From an uncultured Planctomycetota bacterium (lineage in GTDB: Bacteria; Planctomycetota; Planctomycetia; Isosphaerales; Isosphaeraceae), in assembly GCA_963823665.1 (NCBI GenBank), contig CAWGMQ010000006.1, positions 1,152,001 to 1,216,000 of the forward strand: a stretch of 64,000 nt of DNA, read 5' to 3'. Position numbers and translations under genes: made by a program. Under the pieces are notes generated by a model. That model saw only the letters and a program-made list of their open reading frames with translations, was not told the origin of the DNA and made no database searches. Below, one piece after another: positions 20,601-32,484 of this stretch (position 1 is its first letter; each line of letters starts with the position of its first letter).

Positions 20601-23600
20601 CAATCTGTCCGGCACCGGCGGCGGCACCGTCTTGCCGCAAAACCGCCAAAACGACCTCAATCCGGGTGTGAACAACTTCGCCATCAACGCCGACGGGAGC
20701 GTCGTCGCCTTTTCCAGCGACCAGTACGACCTCGTCGAGGGAGAGGAATACCCGACCTCCAACGTGTTCGTCTACACTCAGGGCGTCACGCCTCCGACCA
20801 CGGGCGCGATCGACGGACAGGTGTTCGACGACTTGAATGGCAACGGAACGATCGACCCCGGCGAGAACGGCCTGGCCGGTTGGACCGTATACCTCGACAT
20901 CGGCGGCGCCGGCCACTTCGTCCAGGGCGACCCGACCGCCACAACCGACAGCAACGGCGACTACGCGTTCACCAACCTGGCCCCTGGCACGTACACTGTC
21001 GCCGAAGTCGTCCAGCCCGGCTATAGCCAGACCGCGCCTGCCGCGCCGGGGACGCAGACCGTGACCGTCACGTCCGGCCAGACGACCACCGGCCCGAGCT
21101 TCGGCGACATGGCCCTCCCCGTCGATCTCGCCGTGCAGTCGATCACCGTGCCGGCCTCCGCCTCGCCGGGGATGACCGCCGGCTCGGTCTCTTACACGGT
21201 GACGAACAAGGGCGGCGGCGCGGCCGCCGGCGACTGGGAAGACGCGGTCTACATCGCGACCGGAACGACGATCGACGCCTCGTCCACGCTTCTGGCCGTC
21301 GAGCCCCACACCGGCGGCCTGGCGCCCGGCGCGACCTACACAGTGCAGCTCACCGGCGTCAACCTGCCGCTGCTCCCGGCGGGAAGTTACCACGTCCTCG
21401 TGCAGGTGGACCCCCGCGATCAAGTCCCTGAGCCCGCGGCAGTCAAGGGCGACGAAGTCGGTTCGTCCGCCCATACGATCGCCCTGACAATCCCGACTCT
21501 CTCGGTCGGCGGCCCGGCCGACGGGGCTTTCACCGCCGCGGGCCAAGACGACTATTATCAGATCAACGTCTCCGCGGGCGAGAACCTCCTGCTGACCCTG
21601 GCCAGCCAGGCGCCGTCGGGCACAGTTTCGATCTCGGAACGGTTCGGTGCTTTGCCGGCTCCCGGCTCGACCGACCTAACCACCGCCGGCACGCCGGGAC
21701 CGAACCAGACGCTCGCTGTCTCGCCGACGCAGGCGGGGACGTACTACATCGACGTCCACAGCGAGGCCGGCGCCGCCGCGTCGGCGGGGTACACGCTCAC
21801 GGCGACCACGCCGGGTCTGACCCTGCTGGGCGCGTCGCCAGGGACGATCGGCGACTCGGGGACGGCGACCCTGGCCGTCAGTGGCGTGGCGATTGGCCCG
21901 GGGACGACGTTCACGCTGACCGGGCCGGGAGGGCACGTCGCGGCGTCAGTAGTCGACCGCGTAAACGGGTCGCTCGCCTATGTGACCTTCCCGGTGAGCG
22001 GCCTGGCCCAGGGCGCTTACACGCTGACCGCGACGACCCCCGGCGGCGGGTCCGTAAACCTGGCCGCCAAATTGAACGTCGTGCCGGCCGCCCCGGGCGG
22101 GCTCGTCGTCAAGGTCGCCGGCCCTTCCGCGGCGCGAACGGGACGCACCTACGCATTCATCGTAACCTACACGAACACGGGGAATACCGACCTGCCGGCC
22201 CCCATGTTTGCGATCGATAGTCCCACCGATACGCTCTTGGGCCTGTCGCCCGGCGCATTGGACGACATGCCGCTTCAGGTGCTCGGGGCCGCACCCGACG
22301 GCCCGGCCGGCGTGCTCCGCCCGGGACAGCAGGGGCAAGTCTCCATTTTCTTCCAGCCCGGGACCGTCAACCCCCAGTTCGAGGTCTTCGCGAGCACCAC
22401 GAGCGACACGGGCCCGGTCGACTACGCAACGCTCGGCCCGCTGATTCGACCGGCCGGTCTGACCGACGCCCAGTGGGCCGCCGAGTTCGACGAGTTCCAG
22501 ACGCTCGTCGGTCCGACCTCGGGCGACTTCGTGCGCATGCTCGACCAGAATGCTACGCTCATGCCGAGCGCATTCGGCAGCAGCACGGACGTTAACGCCC
22601 TCGAAGTGTTCGAAGTCGCACGCGCCCAAGCCGCGCTCGGCAATTCGATCGCCGGCACCCTCACGACGTCGGACCCGGGAGTCACCCTCGCGGGCCGTTC
22701 TGTCTTCGCCACCAACGAGGCCACGGGCGATCTCTTCACCGCCACGAGCGCGAATGACGGCTCGTTCTTCATCACCGACATCGCGCCGGGGGTGTACACG
22801 TTCTCGTCGAACGGTGCGATCGTGAACGGGTCGCCGACCGCAACCGTGGCCGCCGGGCAGACCGTGACCGGGGTCACGGTCGACCTGACTCTGGGCGGGG
22901 AGATCGTGGGCGAGGTCACCGCGTCGGCCACGGGCGTGCCGGCCGCCTCGCCGAGCGTCAGGGCCATCGCGGCTGATGGGACGGTTTACTCCGTGAGTGG
23001 CGGGCCCGACGGCCTTTACCAGTTGACCGGTTTGCCGCCGGGAACCTACACGGTCTACGCGTTGGCCGCCGGGCTCGCCCTCGAATCGGCCGGCGGAGTC
23101 GTTGTGAACGGCAACACGGTCGACCAGAACCTGAGCCTGCCGGTGCAGTCCGTGATCACCGGGTCGGTCGTCCCGGCGACCGGCGGCCCGACCGGCGGTC
23201 TTCTCGTGGTGAGTGCCGCTCAGAACGGCTCGACCACGCCGGGCCAGGATTTCGGAACCACCTCTGACGGCAACACGTTCACGGTCTCGAACCTCGATCC
23301 GGGGACGTACGACCTGACCATCATCCTCGACGGCTACGTGGTCCAAACCCTGACCGGCGTCGTGGTGGCCGCGGGTGCCAGCGCCGACGCCGGCTCGGTG
23401 CCCCTGGCCCTGGCCGCGACGGTCAGCGGCACGCTCACCTCGTCCGACCCAAGCACCCCGGCCGCATACGCGATGCTCGGCCTCTTCCAGGCCGGCACCG
23501 CGGTGGTCGCCACTCAGGCCGATGCCTCTGGCCAGTTCCAGTTCGTGGGCGTCCCCGCGGGGACGTACACCTTCGGCCTCTTCTCGGGCACCGATGTCGT

Positions 23601-25461
23601 GACCGCCGCGCCGGTCACGGTCGCCGGCGGCAACGCCCTGACCGGCGTCGCGGTGTCGATCGCCGCAGCCCCGAGCTCAGGGGCCGGGGAGACCCTTGGC
23701 CCGGATACCCTTCCCGCCTCCGAACTCACCGAAGAACAGATCCACCTGCAATTGGACCCGGCCAAGAACCTGCTCGATACCTTGCAACAGAGCCAAAAGG
23801 CGTTGGCGACTCCCCAGAGCTGTCCGGACTGCCAGTTCTACGCCGACTACCTCAAGCAAATCCTCACGGCCGAAATCCCCGATGTTTCGATGCAGGTGCA
23901 AGACCTCGATGACGCGCTCAGCGCGATGAATCAGATCTCACCCGACGGTGTGGCGGCACCCGACCTTCAGAAGGCAGCCGAAGATTTTGCCGAAGCCAAG
24001 AATGATGCAAACCTGTACTTCAGTCTTGAACCCGCCAGGTCGGAGGTCCAGAACGAGCTGACCGCGTGTCAAAACAAGTGCAACAGCATGTCCAAGCCGT
24101 CGAACCCGCTGGCCCCGCTGGCCCCGCTCCTGCCGCTTCTGCCCTACGCGGTGCTCGCGTATTTCGGCTTCGACCCCAACGAGATGACCGGCCCCGGCTT
24201 CGGCCCGGCCGGGTTCGTGCCCGCCGACGAGGTGCTGCCTTACCAGGTCGGGTTCGAGAACGACCCCACGAAAGCCACCGCCCCGGCGCAGGACGTCACG
24301 ATCACCGACGCGCTGGGCCCCAGCCTCGACTGGACGACCTTCGCGCTTGGCGACATCACGTTCGGCGCCAACGTCATTGCCGTGCCGGCCGGGTTGCAGT
24401 CGTATTCCACGAGCGTCGACACCACCAACACCGACGGCACCCCGCTGCGCGTCGACGTCAGCGCCGGTCTGAACCTTGCCACCGGCGTCGTCACCTGGAC
24501 GTTCAGCTCGGTCGATCCGGCCACCGGCCAGTTGCCCTCGGGCGTGCAAGACGGCTTCCTTCCCGTCGAGGACGGGACCGGCCGAGGCATCGGCTCGGTG
24601 GACTTCACCATCCTGCCGAAGACCGGCCTGGCCACCGGCGCGAAGTTCAGCAACACGGCCACGGTCGTCTTCGATACCAATGCCCCGCTCAACACCAACA
24701 CCGTCGCCAACACCATCGACGCCGGCGCCCCCACCAGCACCGTAAGCCCGCTGCCAGCCACTTCCGCGCCGCAGTTCACGGTGACCTGGGCGGGGTCCGA
24801 CGACGCGGGCGGCTCGGGCATCGCCTCGTACAGCGTCTTTGTCTCGACCGACGGCGGCCCGTTCACTCCGTTCATCGAGGGAACTACATCGACTTCGGCC
24901 CCCTTCACCGGCGCGGTCGGCCACTCGTACTCCTTCTATGCCGTGGCGACCGACAACGTCGGCAACGTCCAGCCGACCCCGACGGCCGCGCAGGCGACGA
25001 CCACCGTCGCCGCCCCACTGCCGTCACCGGTAACGGTGCAGAGCGTCCTTCGGGAGACTGTCCGTCTGAAAAAGCACAAGCCGCCGGTCAAGGTCCTGGT
25101 CGTCTCCTTCAGCGGCGCACTCAATGCGGCCTTCGCGCAGAATCGGCTCGCCTATCAACTGGTCATTCCCGCGAAGCAAAAGAAGTCGGCTCACGGCCGC
25201 GTTCCCCCCGGGAAAAAGGTGGTTCTTGCCTCGGCGGTCTACAGCGCGATCGCCCACACGGTGACACTGACCCCGAAGGCGAAGCTTCCCACCGGTACGC
25301 TCCAATTGACCATCATCGCCTCGGCCGTTTTCGACATCGACGGCAGGCAGATCGACGGTGATCACAATGGCCAGCCCGGCGGAAACTTCGTGGCGACCAT
25401 CCGAGGCGCGGGCGTTGTCTTCGCCAACGTCAGCCTCGTTGACGGGCTCGATCACCTCTGA
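17686..25461 (+). CDS. Giant (~2590 aa) exported/surface protein: LEPR-XLL-type signal, TolB-like propellers, SdrD-B-like, CARDB-like, PPC-like, carboxypeptidase-regulatory repeats, DPN-initiated domain, planctomycete-type C-terminus; frameshifts near 17985 and 19560-19600
   Basis: PTIEALEVRQLLS; many SADGRYV(V/A)F/VYVRDL repeats; GQVFDDLNGNG..GLAGWTVYLD; FDPNEMTGP..YQVGFEN..ATAPAQ; IDGDHNGQPGGNF. Confidence 0.88.
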
Positions 25462-25543
25462 GCGCGAAACGCGACGCGTCTGCTTGCCCGTTTCTTCCGA
25501 CTTCGCGCGCCAGGCCGGCGATCGACACCCGGATCGCGGGGCG

Positions 25544-26542
25544 TTACGAGCGTACAATGAGCATTTGCCGAACGGCCGTTAGCACTCTCTCGACGCACTC
25601 GGCCATCGGCGCGTTGATCGTGGCTCCCGCTGCCTCCTTGTGGCCGCCGCCGCCGAACTGGGAGGCCAGCGCTGCACAGTCGACGCCGCTGCGCGTGCGG
25701 ATCGAAACCTTGGCACCGCCGCGCAGTTGCTCGATGAACAAGAGGCCCAGCTCGACGCCCCGCAGGCTGACGGTGAAATCGACCAGGTCTTCCGAGTCCT
25801 GCGGAATCGCGCCGCTGCGCAACAGGTCTTCCTTGGTGATGGTTGCATACGCAACGCGGCCGTCGAGATCGGTTTTCAAGCCCCGCAGCGTCTCGCCGAT
25901 CAGCTTCAGACGGGCGAGTGTGTTCTGCTCGAACAGGTTGCGATAGATCTGGTTGATCGGGGCTCCGGCATCGATCAGCTCGGCGACCGGCCCGCAGCGT
26001 TCCTGCACGGGTGTTGGAATGATGGAACCAGCCGGTGTCCATCGCGATGGCGGTGAAGAGCCCCTGGGAGATCTCCGGCGTGAGCTGACCGCCCAAGGCC
26101 GGAAACGATCTTCATCACCAGGATGCCGGTCGCTTCGGCCGTCGGAGTCTTTGAAGACCGTCGCGCCCAGGTCATCCTGGCTGACGTGATGGTCGATGAC
26201 GACTTTGGGCCCGGGAAATCGCCGGATGAACTCAGCCATGTCGCCAAGCTGATTCCAGCTCGAAAGGTCGAGGATGATCGCGACTTCGCGATCGGCGAGC
26301 TGCGCGGGCTTGACGCCGGTGCCGAACCACTCGAAGAGTTTCCGTTCGGGGTCGAGAAAATCGTAGCGCGGAGGCATCGGACTCGAGTTGACCACGCGCA
26401 CGTCTTTCCCCTTCTGCCGCAGCAGACCGGCCATGCCGACCTCGGAGCCGAGCGCATCACCGTCGGGCCGGACGTGGGTCGTCACCAGGAAACGATCGTG
26501 GGTTTCAATCAAGTCTCGGAGCGGGGACCAATCAATTGTCAT
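25544..26542 (-). CDS. nrnA: DHH/DHHA1 phosphoesterase (NrnA-like oligoribonuclease/pAp phosphatase), compensating frameshifts at ~26140-25995
   Basis: THVRPDGDALGS, IDHH, DTGWF (other frame), GGGHKEAAG. Confidence 0.88.
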   Translation of the reverse strand: MTIDWSPLRDLIETHDRFLVTTHVRPDGDALGSEVGMAGLLRQKGKDVRVVNSSPMPPRYDFLDPERKLFEWFGTGVKPAQLADREVAIILDLSSWNQLGDMAEFIRRFPGPKVVIDHHVSQDDLGATVFKDSDGRSDRHPGDEDRFRPWAVSSRRRSPRGSSPPSRWTPAGSIIPTPVQERCGPVAELIDAGAPINQIYRNLFEQNTLARLKLIGETLRGLKTDLDGRVAYATITKEDLLRSGAIPQDSEDLVDFTVSLRGVELGLLFIEQLRGGAKVSIRTRSGVDCAALASQFGGGGHKEAAGATINAPMAECVERVLTAVRQMLIVRS

Positions 26543-26623
26543 CTGCGGTTCGCCTCGCTGTGAATGTGCGCACTCGCGGATTCCAGCGTACTGAGTCGGC
26601 ACCGAGGCTGGCAACTTGGGCCG

Positions 26624-27610
26624 TCAAGTGACGTACGAGTCGACGCGGAAACGGTCGATGTGGCTGCGCATCCATTCGATCGTTTCGATCGAGGCCGGCT
26701 TCGAGTGAATAACGCGGGTTCCAGCCCCAGAGGCTGCGGGCCAGCTCGGTCCCGGCGAGCAGCCGCTCGACTTCGCTCTTCGCCGGCCGATGCCGCACTT
26801 GCTCGGAACGCACCGTGATCGTGCGTCCCATCCGCTGCCCGATCAGCTCAACCAGCTCGCCGATCGAGAGATCCTCGCCGCGTCCGATGTTCACGACCCG
26901 GCCAACAGCTTCTTCGCATCCGGCGATCGCGATGAAGCCAGCAACGGTGTCCTTGACGAAAGTCAGGTCGCGGCGCGGGTCGAGGCGGCCGAGACTCACC
27001 TCGGGCCGAGTGAGGGCCTGGCTGATGATCGTCGGGATGATCGCGCGGGCCGATTGCCGGGGCCCGAACGTGTTGAACGGCCGGAGAATCGCCACGGGCA
27101 GGCCGAACGCGCGATGATAGCTTTCGCCAAGAGCGTCTGCCGCGATCTTGGTCGCCGCATAGGGTGATTGGCCCTGCAACGGATGAGCTCTCGTCGATGG
27201 GAACGCGCTGCGCTGTGCCGTAGACTTCGGATGTCGAGGTGAGGATCACACGCTCAAGGCAGTCACTTACGCGGCACGCGTCGAGCACGTGGGCGGTGCC
27301 GAGGACATTTGTCTGAACGACGTCGTACGGGTTCTGATACGAATAAGGGATTGCGATCAGCGCCCCCAGGTGGAACACCCAATCGCAGCCGTCGATCGCC
27401 TTGCGCACGGCGCCTGGGTCTTTCAAGTCACCGCGATCGACCTCGACGGCCGACTGGATCTCAGCCCGGCAGGTCAGCCAGGCTGCCCCGGTCGTCACGG
27501 CCGTTATAGCGCACCAGCGCACGGACGGTATGGCCCTGCTGGACAAGCTCTTCGGTCAGGTGGCTTCCGATGAACCCCCCTGCCCCGGTGACGAGGACCT
27601 TCTTGGTCAT
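26624..27610 (-). CDS. NAD-dependent nucleotide-sugar epimerase/dehydratase (extended SDR), several frameshifts
   Basis: MTKKVLVTGAGGFIGSHL, FHLGALIAIPYSY, TSTSEVYG, SPYAATK, RPFNTFGPRQS. Confidence 0.9.
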
Positions 27611-27809
27611 GGAAATCCCTTCCCAACTGCTCGAACGAATGCACCGGCGCTCTTGGGACGCGTTGCCGCGATCGGACGCAGTTTTGGCTGCGTGGCTGCA
27701 GGACGAGCGTTCGCTCGTCCCTCCAATCTCTTGTTGCCGGCCCGATCGTACGAATTAACACGCGGTTCGGCTACGCCGAATCAGTCCGGATCCCGCGCGC
27801 CGTCCGGCC

Positions 27810-28049
27810 TCATTCGCTGATGTCGGTTTCCGGCGCCAGGCATTCGATGACGTCCTCCGTGAACTGCCCGTCCGTATATCCACGGCGCACGGGCTCGGGG
27901 ACCAGCTTGAAGGTTGGCAGGGTGGGGTGAGCCAGCATCGAGAACATAGGTGAAAGTGCCGCCAGAGCCACCGCCGTCAGGCAGAGTGGGAAGATGCTCA
28001 ACTCATGCCTGGGTTTCACTGTCGCATGCGAGATTGCATGTATCCCCAT
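27810..28049 (-). CDS. Small hypothetical protein with one hydrophobic segment
   Basis: RBS GAGGG before MGIHAISH; no recognisable motif. Confidence 0.35.
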   Translation of the reverse strand: MGIHAISHATVKPRHELSIFPLCLTAVALAALSPMFSMLAHPTLPTFKLVPEPVRRGYTDGQFTEDVIECLAPETDISE

Positions 28050-28525
28050 CGTACAACCCTCGCTCGCTGAGAACCTGGATCCGCCGAATGCGTGGCGAAC
28101 GCCGTGCCTGCTGTCGCTACGACCCGTTTCGGCCATTCTTGGCCCCATGCTCCGCCACATCATCGGAGGCGGCGGTGCGCACATCAGTTACTTAATCTCT
28201 ACGATGGAATTGCCGATTAATCGCGCTCCACACCCAAAAAAAGCACAATTGTCGCGGTTCGGACCGGAATGTTGTCTTTCCGCAACGGAATCCGCGGTTC
28301 TGGTTCGCTTCATCGAGAAAGCGCGGACGCAGAGTCAAGCCCGCCCGATTCACCGGAATAGATCGCTCTGTTTAGTTCGCTTTCTCTGTCTTCCTAAAGA
28401 CCTTAATTTCCTGAGTCGATACTGTTTACCAGGAGGTGTCAGCTTAACACACACAGAGATTCGCAGCGCGATGAGCCGGACTACGACAAAGAACTATGAA
28501 AACAGCACGGCGTGGAGAATTTTCA

Positions 28526-29709
28526 ATGATGTTGCGAGTGGTCCTGGTCGGGGTGGTCGCTGCGCTGGGGGTATCAATCCCTAGCCAGCCGAGCTGCGAG
28601 CACTGGTACGACTCGGCGCAGGCGTGGGCGACGTCCCTTCTGGCGGAGTGGGACACATGGGTGGCGATCGACGCGGCGGAACCGCGTCTGCCGGGGGCAG
28701 CGAATCACATGGGTTGCGAGGAGTGCCGGCTCGCGCGCATGCGGCTGGTCGCAAAGGCCAATGAGAACTTGAGCAAAGACGCCGCGCTGGTCGACCGGGA
28801 AAGTCCGAAGATCGGCACGGAGAAAAGGTCTGTTGAGAGCGATTCGAAGGTCGCGGCTTCACAGCCGAAGACGATCGCTGCACTGCCCTTCGAGCCGACA
28901 CAGACTGCCGCGGCTTTCGGCCCGATCGCCGCGCTGGCACTGCACGCAATGCCGGACCGTGGTCAAGAGAATAGTCCGATTTCTTCGGGAGGCGAGGCGT
29001 CAGTCGCCGGGCCGGAGCTGTCCGAGCCCGCTGACGCCGCGGAGCTGGTGATCTGGAGTGATTTTTGCCGGCTCGGAAATGAAGCGATCGCGATTGCAGC
29101 GGAGTCCGACGAATCTCCGGAAGACGGATTGGACATGCCGATCACCGAAGAGTCATTCACTTGCGGTTTCGGCGCCTTCGAGCCGCCGCTTCTGAGTGCG
29201 GCGATGGTTCGCCGGAGGCCCGCAGGCGGCGCGAGAGCGTGATCGCACGAGCCGTCGACCACGATGCGGCCGACGGCATGCTCATGTCTTGTCTCGACGA
29301 AGCACTGGAGTCGAATGAAGATGTCGACGTCGTGACGAGCGAGCCAACCGTCGATCCATTCCTTGCCGACCTTCCGGCGGATGTCTTTGTTCCAGAACAG
29401 GTTGCGGTCATCACACCCGCCCCGGTGCCTCCTTCAAACACGACCCAAGAGGCTGCCGTGGCCATTGCAGTTGCGGGTCCGGTGAGACCGGCAGGGGCGT
29501 CGTTCCTGGACGATCTTCCCAGTGATGTCTTCGTGCCGATGCCGCCATCGCCCGATCAGGAACCCGCTGCCAAGGACCGGCCGCTCGCCGGCGTGGGGCC
29601 TCCGCCTGCCAGGTTGGGTGACGCAGTGGAGCTTACCCGGAGGGCCGTCTCGGCATGGGTAAGCGTCTTGATCGGCCCCGCGCTTGTGCAGGAGGGATCG
29701 CGACGTTGA
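28526..29709 (+). CDS. Hypothetical exported acidic protein (frameshift near 29215)
   Basis: RBS GGAG, signal-like MMLRVVLVGVVAALGVS; internal repeat FLADLPADVFVP / FLDDLPSDVFVP. Confidence 0.6.
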
Positions 29710-29787
29710 GCGCCCTCGAGACTCGCGCACTGTCGGGATTGACGGGAACGGCCCACCACGTGACCGTGCCGTGGGCTGTTCCGGTTC

Positions 29788-30215
29788 TCAGGCGTCGACG
29801 GTCGATTCCTGGAGCAGGATTGGTTCGTCGAAATCACTTTCGGACAAGGCGGGGTCGGGCTCGAACAGAACGCGGCGATAGCCCAGATCGACGAGCACCC
29901 TGAGAACTTCCCGGTACGTCGGGAAGTTCTTGCCCGACCTCTCCTTGAATCTTTGCATCGCGTTCATGAATTCCATTTCGTCATCGGTGTACTGCTTGTC
30001 GAACGTGGTTGGGTCGATGCGCCGGCGGCGATCTTTCTTGCGCGCCGTTCCGCGGGAGCCGGCTGGGCGGGCGGTGTTTCGCGAGGGCCGTTTGCGGCGT
30101 CTTTGTCTCGGCGATCGCGTCCCGTCCGTCGTTCGTGGAAGAGCGTATCGAACGGGTAAGCAGAAAAATCGAATTCGGGACGGTCCGGATTCGTCTTCTT
30201 ATTGTTCTCTCTCAT
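29788..30215 (-). CDS. Small planctomycete-type conserved hypothetical protein (frameshift near 30040)
   Basis: Reconstructed [67 protein letters not shown]. Confidence 0.75.
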
Positions 30216-30681
30216 TGCTTTGACCGGGTCGCTGGAACAGTCCGGGCGGCCGCGTTCGAGAAACTCGTTTCACCGGCTCGGATTACAGAATTGATAGGAC
30301 GCTTTTGCGGTGCTGTCAAACGGGCCGCGTCGTCGGAAGACGATGCGTCTGGCGGTGTTGGATTCTTGCATCCGAAGCTGTTCCGGCCTTGCTCGAGGGA
30401 GGGTGAGCGCGTCGGTTCCTGATCGAGGCGTGCATCGTGAATCCGCGAGTGACCGGTTTGGCCGAGGGAAAACCTTGTGGCATAATGAGGGGGTAGAGTG
30501 AACGAGCCCCGATGCCGCGCGGCTGCGCGCGCGCTATTCGCGCCGATTTGAATTGGACAGCTCGGGAAGGCAAGGGCTTGTGGAGCAGTGCTGGTTTGAT
30601 GTAGCTTGAACTGGAGATAGGTCGAGCGCCGCAGCCGGTTTTCCGTGCCGGCCAACTCTTTCTGCTGGGGGACCATCGAAC

Positions 30682-32365
30682 ATGTCAGGAACCACGCGTC
30701 CGTGGAGAGTTGCCTGGTTGCTGCTGGGTGGCGCGCTTTTATCTGGCGCTTCCGTCTTGGGCGCCGACGAGCCGCCGATGTCGATCCAACTCGTTGATCT
30801 GGGCCAGCAGGCGCTGACCCAGGGGGCCAACCGAGCGGCCGAGACATTTTTCAAGAAGGCGCTTGAGCTTGACCCGGCGAATCAGTCCGCGACGGACGGG
30901 CTCAAGGAGGTCAATCGTGCCGACCGTGTGCTTCTGGTTGCGATGCAAGAGCCGACGGAGGCGAAGCCGGCTGCTCCCGCGGCCGAGACTCCCCCTCCCC
31001 CGCAGCCAGACGACGTGAAGGCGACGCTGGAGAAGACCCAGGCAGCGGAGAACATCACCCGTCAGGAACTGACCGACAACGTCGAGCAGCGGCTGAAGAC
31101 TGCTCAGATCCCTGATGAATCAGAATCAGCCCGAGGCGGCGATGAACGCCTTGCGGCTTGCCTTGAATGTGATCCGGTCGTCGCCCGAGGTGTCGGAAGA
31201 CGTTCGTGCCAAGCTCGAGAGCCGGGTGCAGGCTCAGTTGTTGTCGGTTGCTACAGGCGGAAGAACGGGTCGTCGCCGAGCGGGCCGAGCGCACCCGGCT
31301 TGATTCGGCCGCGGAACAGCGCACGCGTACGATCGACATCCTGCAGCGAGACAAGAAAACCATCGAAGCGATGATGATGCAGTTCGACCTGCTCATCCGA
31401 GAGGGTGTCTACAACGTTCTCTACAGCGGCGGCATGGGCGACATCGTCAGGACTTCCGCCCCGTTCGGCGAAGCGAGGCTGCTGGCTCAGCAAGCCTACG
31501 CCTTGCAGCGAGGCGGACCGCTTCCGTACAGCGATAACGACCCTTCCCCCACGGCGGGTTACTTCACCTCCTATGCCATGGGTTTCTACACCCAGGAAAT
31601 CCAGTTCCGGACGCTCCAAAAGTATCGCTTCCTGCTCACCATGCAAGACATCACTCGCGCCGCGATTCCGTTCCCCGACACGCAGACGATTGAATACCCG
31701 GACGCGACATGGTGGCGCGTATATCTCGGAGAGGCGCATCCGGAAGTATGGGAAGGCCGTTGACCTTTTCGAGCGTGATGAAAAGACGAAGCGAATCATC
31801 GAGCAGCTCGATGACGCCGATCTCGATGTCGTTCCAGGAGGAAACTCCTCTCGAAGACGTGCTCAAGTACGTCAAGCAGGCCACCACGACGGCAACCTAC
31901 AGCGGAATTCCGATCTATGTCGATCCGATCGGGCTTTCGGAAGCTGACAAGACAATGGCCTCACCGGTTCGGAACCTCGAGCTCGAAGGCGTTCCGCTCC
32001 GCATCACCCTCAAACTTCTGCTCAACCAGCTCGACTTGACGTTCACCGTCAAGGACGGGTTCCTCATGATCACGTCCAAGGAGTCTGAAGACCAGCAAAC
32101 CGAGATCCGCGTCTACCCGGTCGCCGACCTCGCCATCATTCCGCTCTCCCTCATGGGTGGCGGCGGCATGGGCGGTGGCATGGGCGGCGGTATGGGTGGC
32201 ATGGGCGGTGGCATGGGCGGTATGGGCGGTGGCATGGGTGGCATGGGCGGCGGCATGGGCGGCGGCATGGGCGGCGGCATGGGCGGGATGATGTCCGTGC
32301 CGGTCACCGCTCCTCAGGATCTGGCACCGCCAGTGGGCTCGCTCGATCAAAAAAAAAGCAAGTAA
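30682..32365 (+). CDS. Exported protein with TPR-like N-terminus, STN-like domain and (GGM)n tail; four apparent indels (~31105, 31255, 31718, 31812)
   Basis: Signal peptide, FFKKALELDPAN, FPDTQTIEYPD, PISMSFQEETPLEDVLKYVK..GIPIYVDPIGL..VPLRITLKLLL..IRVYPVADL. Confidence 0.8.
32154..32293 (+). repeat. Gly/Met low-complexity coding repeat (GGM/GGGM)n
   Basis: Tandem GGC/GGT-GGC-ATG units. Confidence 0.95.
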
Positions 32366-32484
32366 CTGACGCCCTTCTTGGGCCCAGACCGAAGTCGACG
32401 AGATCATCACAGGGCCAGCCCGGCCAAACGCCGGCTGGCCCTTCGTCGTCTCGAAAGAAGGCAAACGATGATGAGCAGCCGTTC

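Noticed and set aside
17800..20790. Recurring CAGCGCCGACGG sequences as a DNA repeat array
   Set aside because: They encode the SADG motif of beta-propeller blades.
19606..24924. Long antisense ORFs (646, 466, 328 aa) opposite the giant protein, and similar ones at 43124-44260 and 56031-57665
   Set aside because: Shadow ORFs expected from high-GC codon bias; they carry no motifs.
27611..30680. Riboswitch, tRNA or other ncRNA in the longer intergenic stretches
   Set aside because: No recognisable consensus by eye; an Infernal/Rfam scan would be needed to exclude one.
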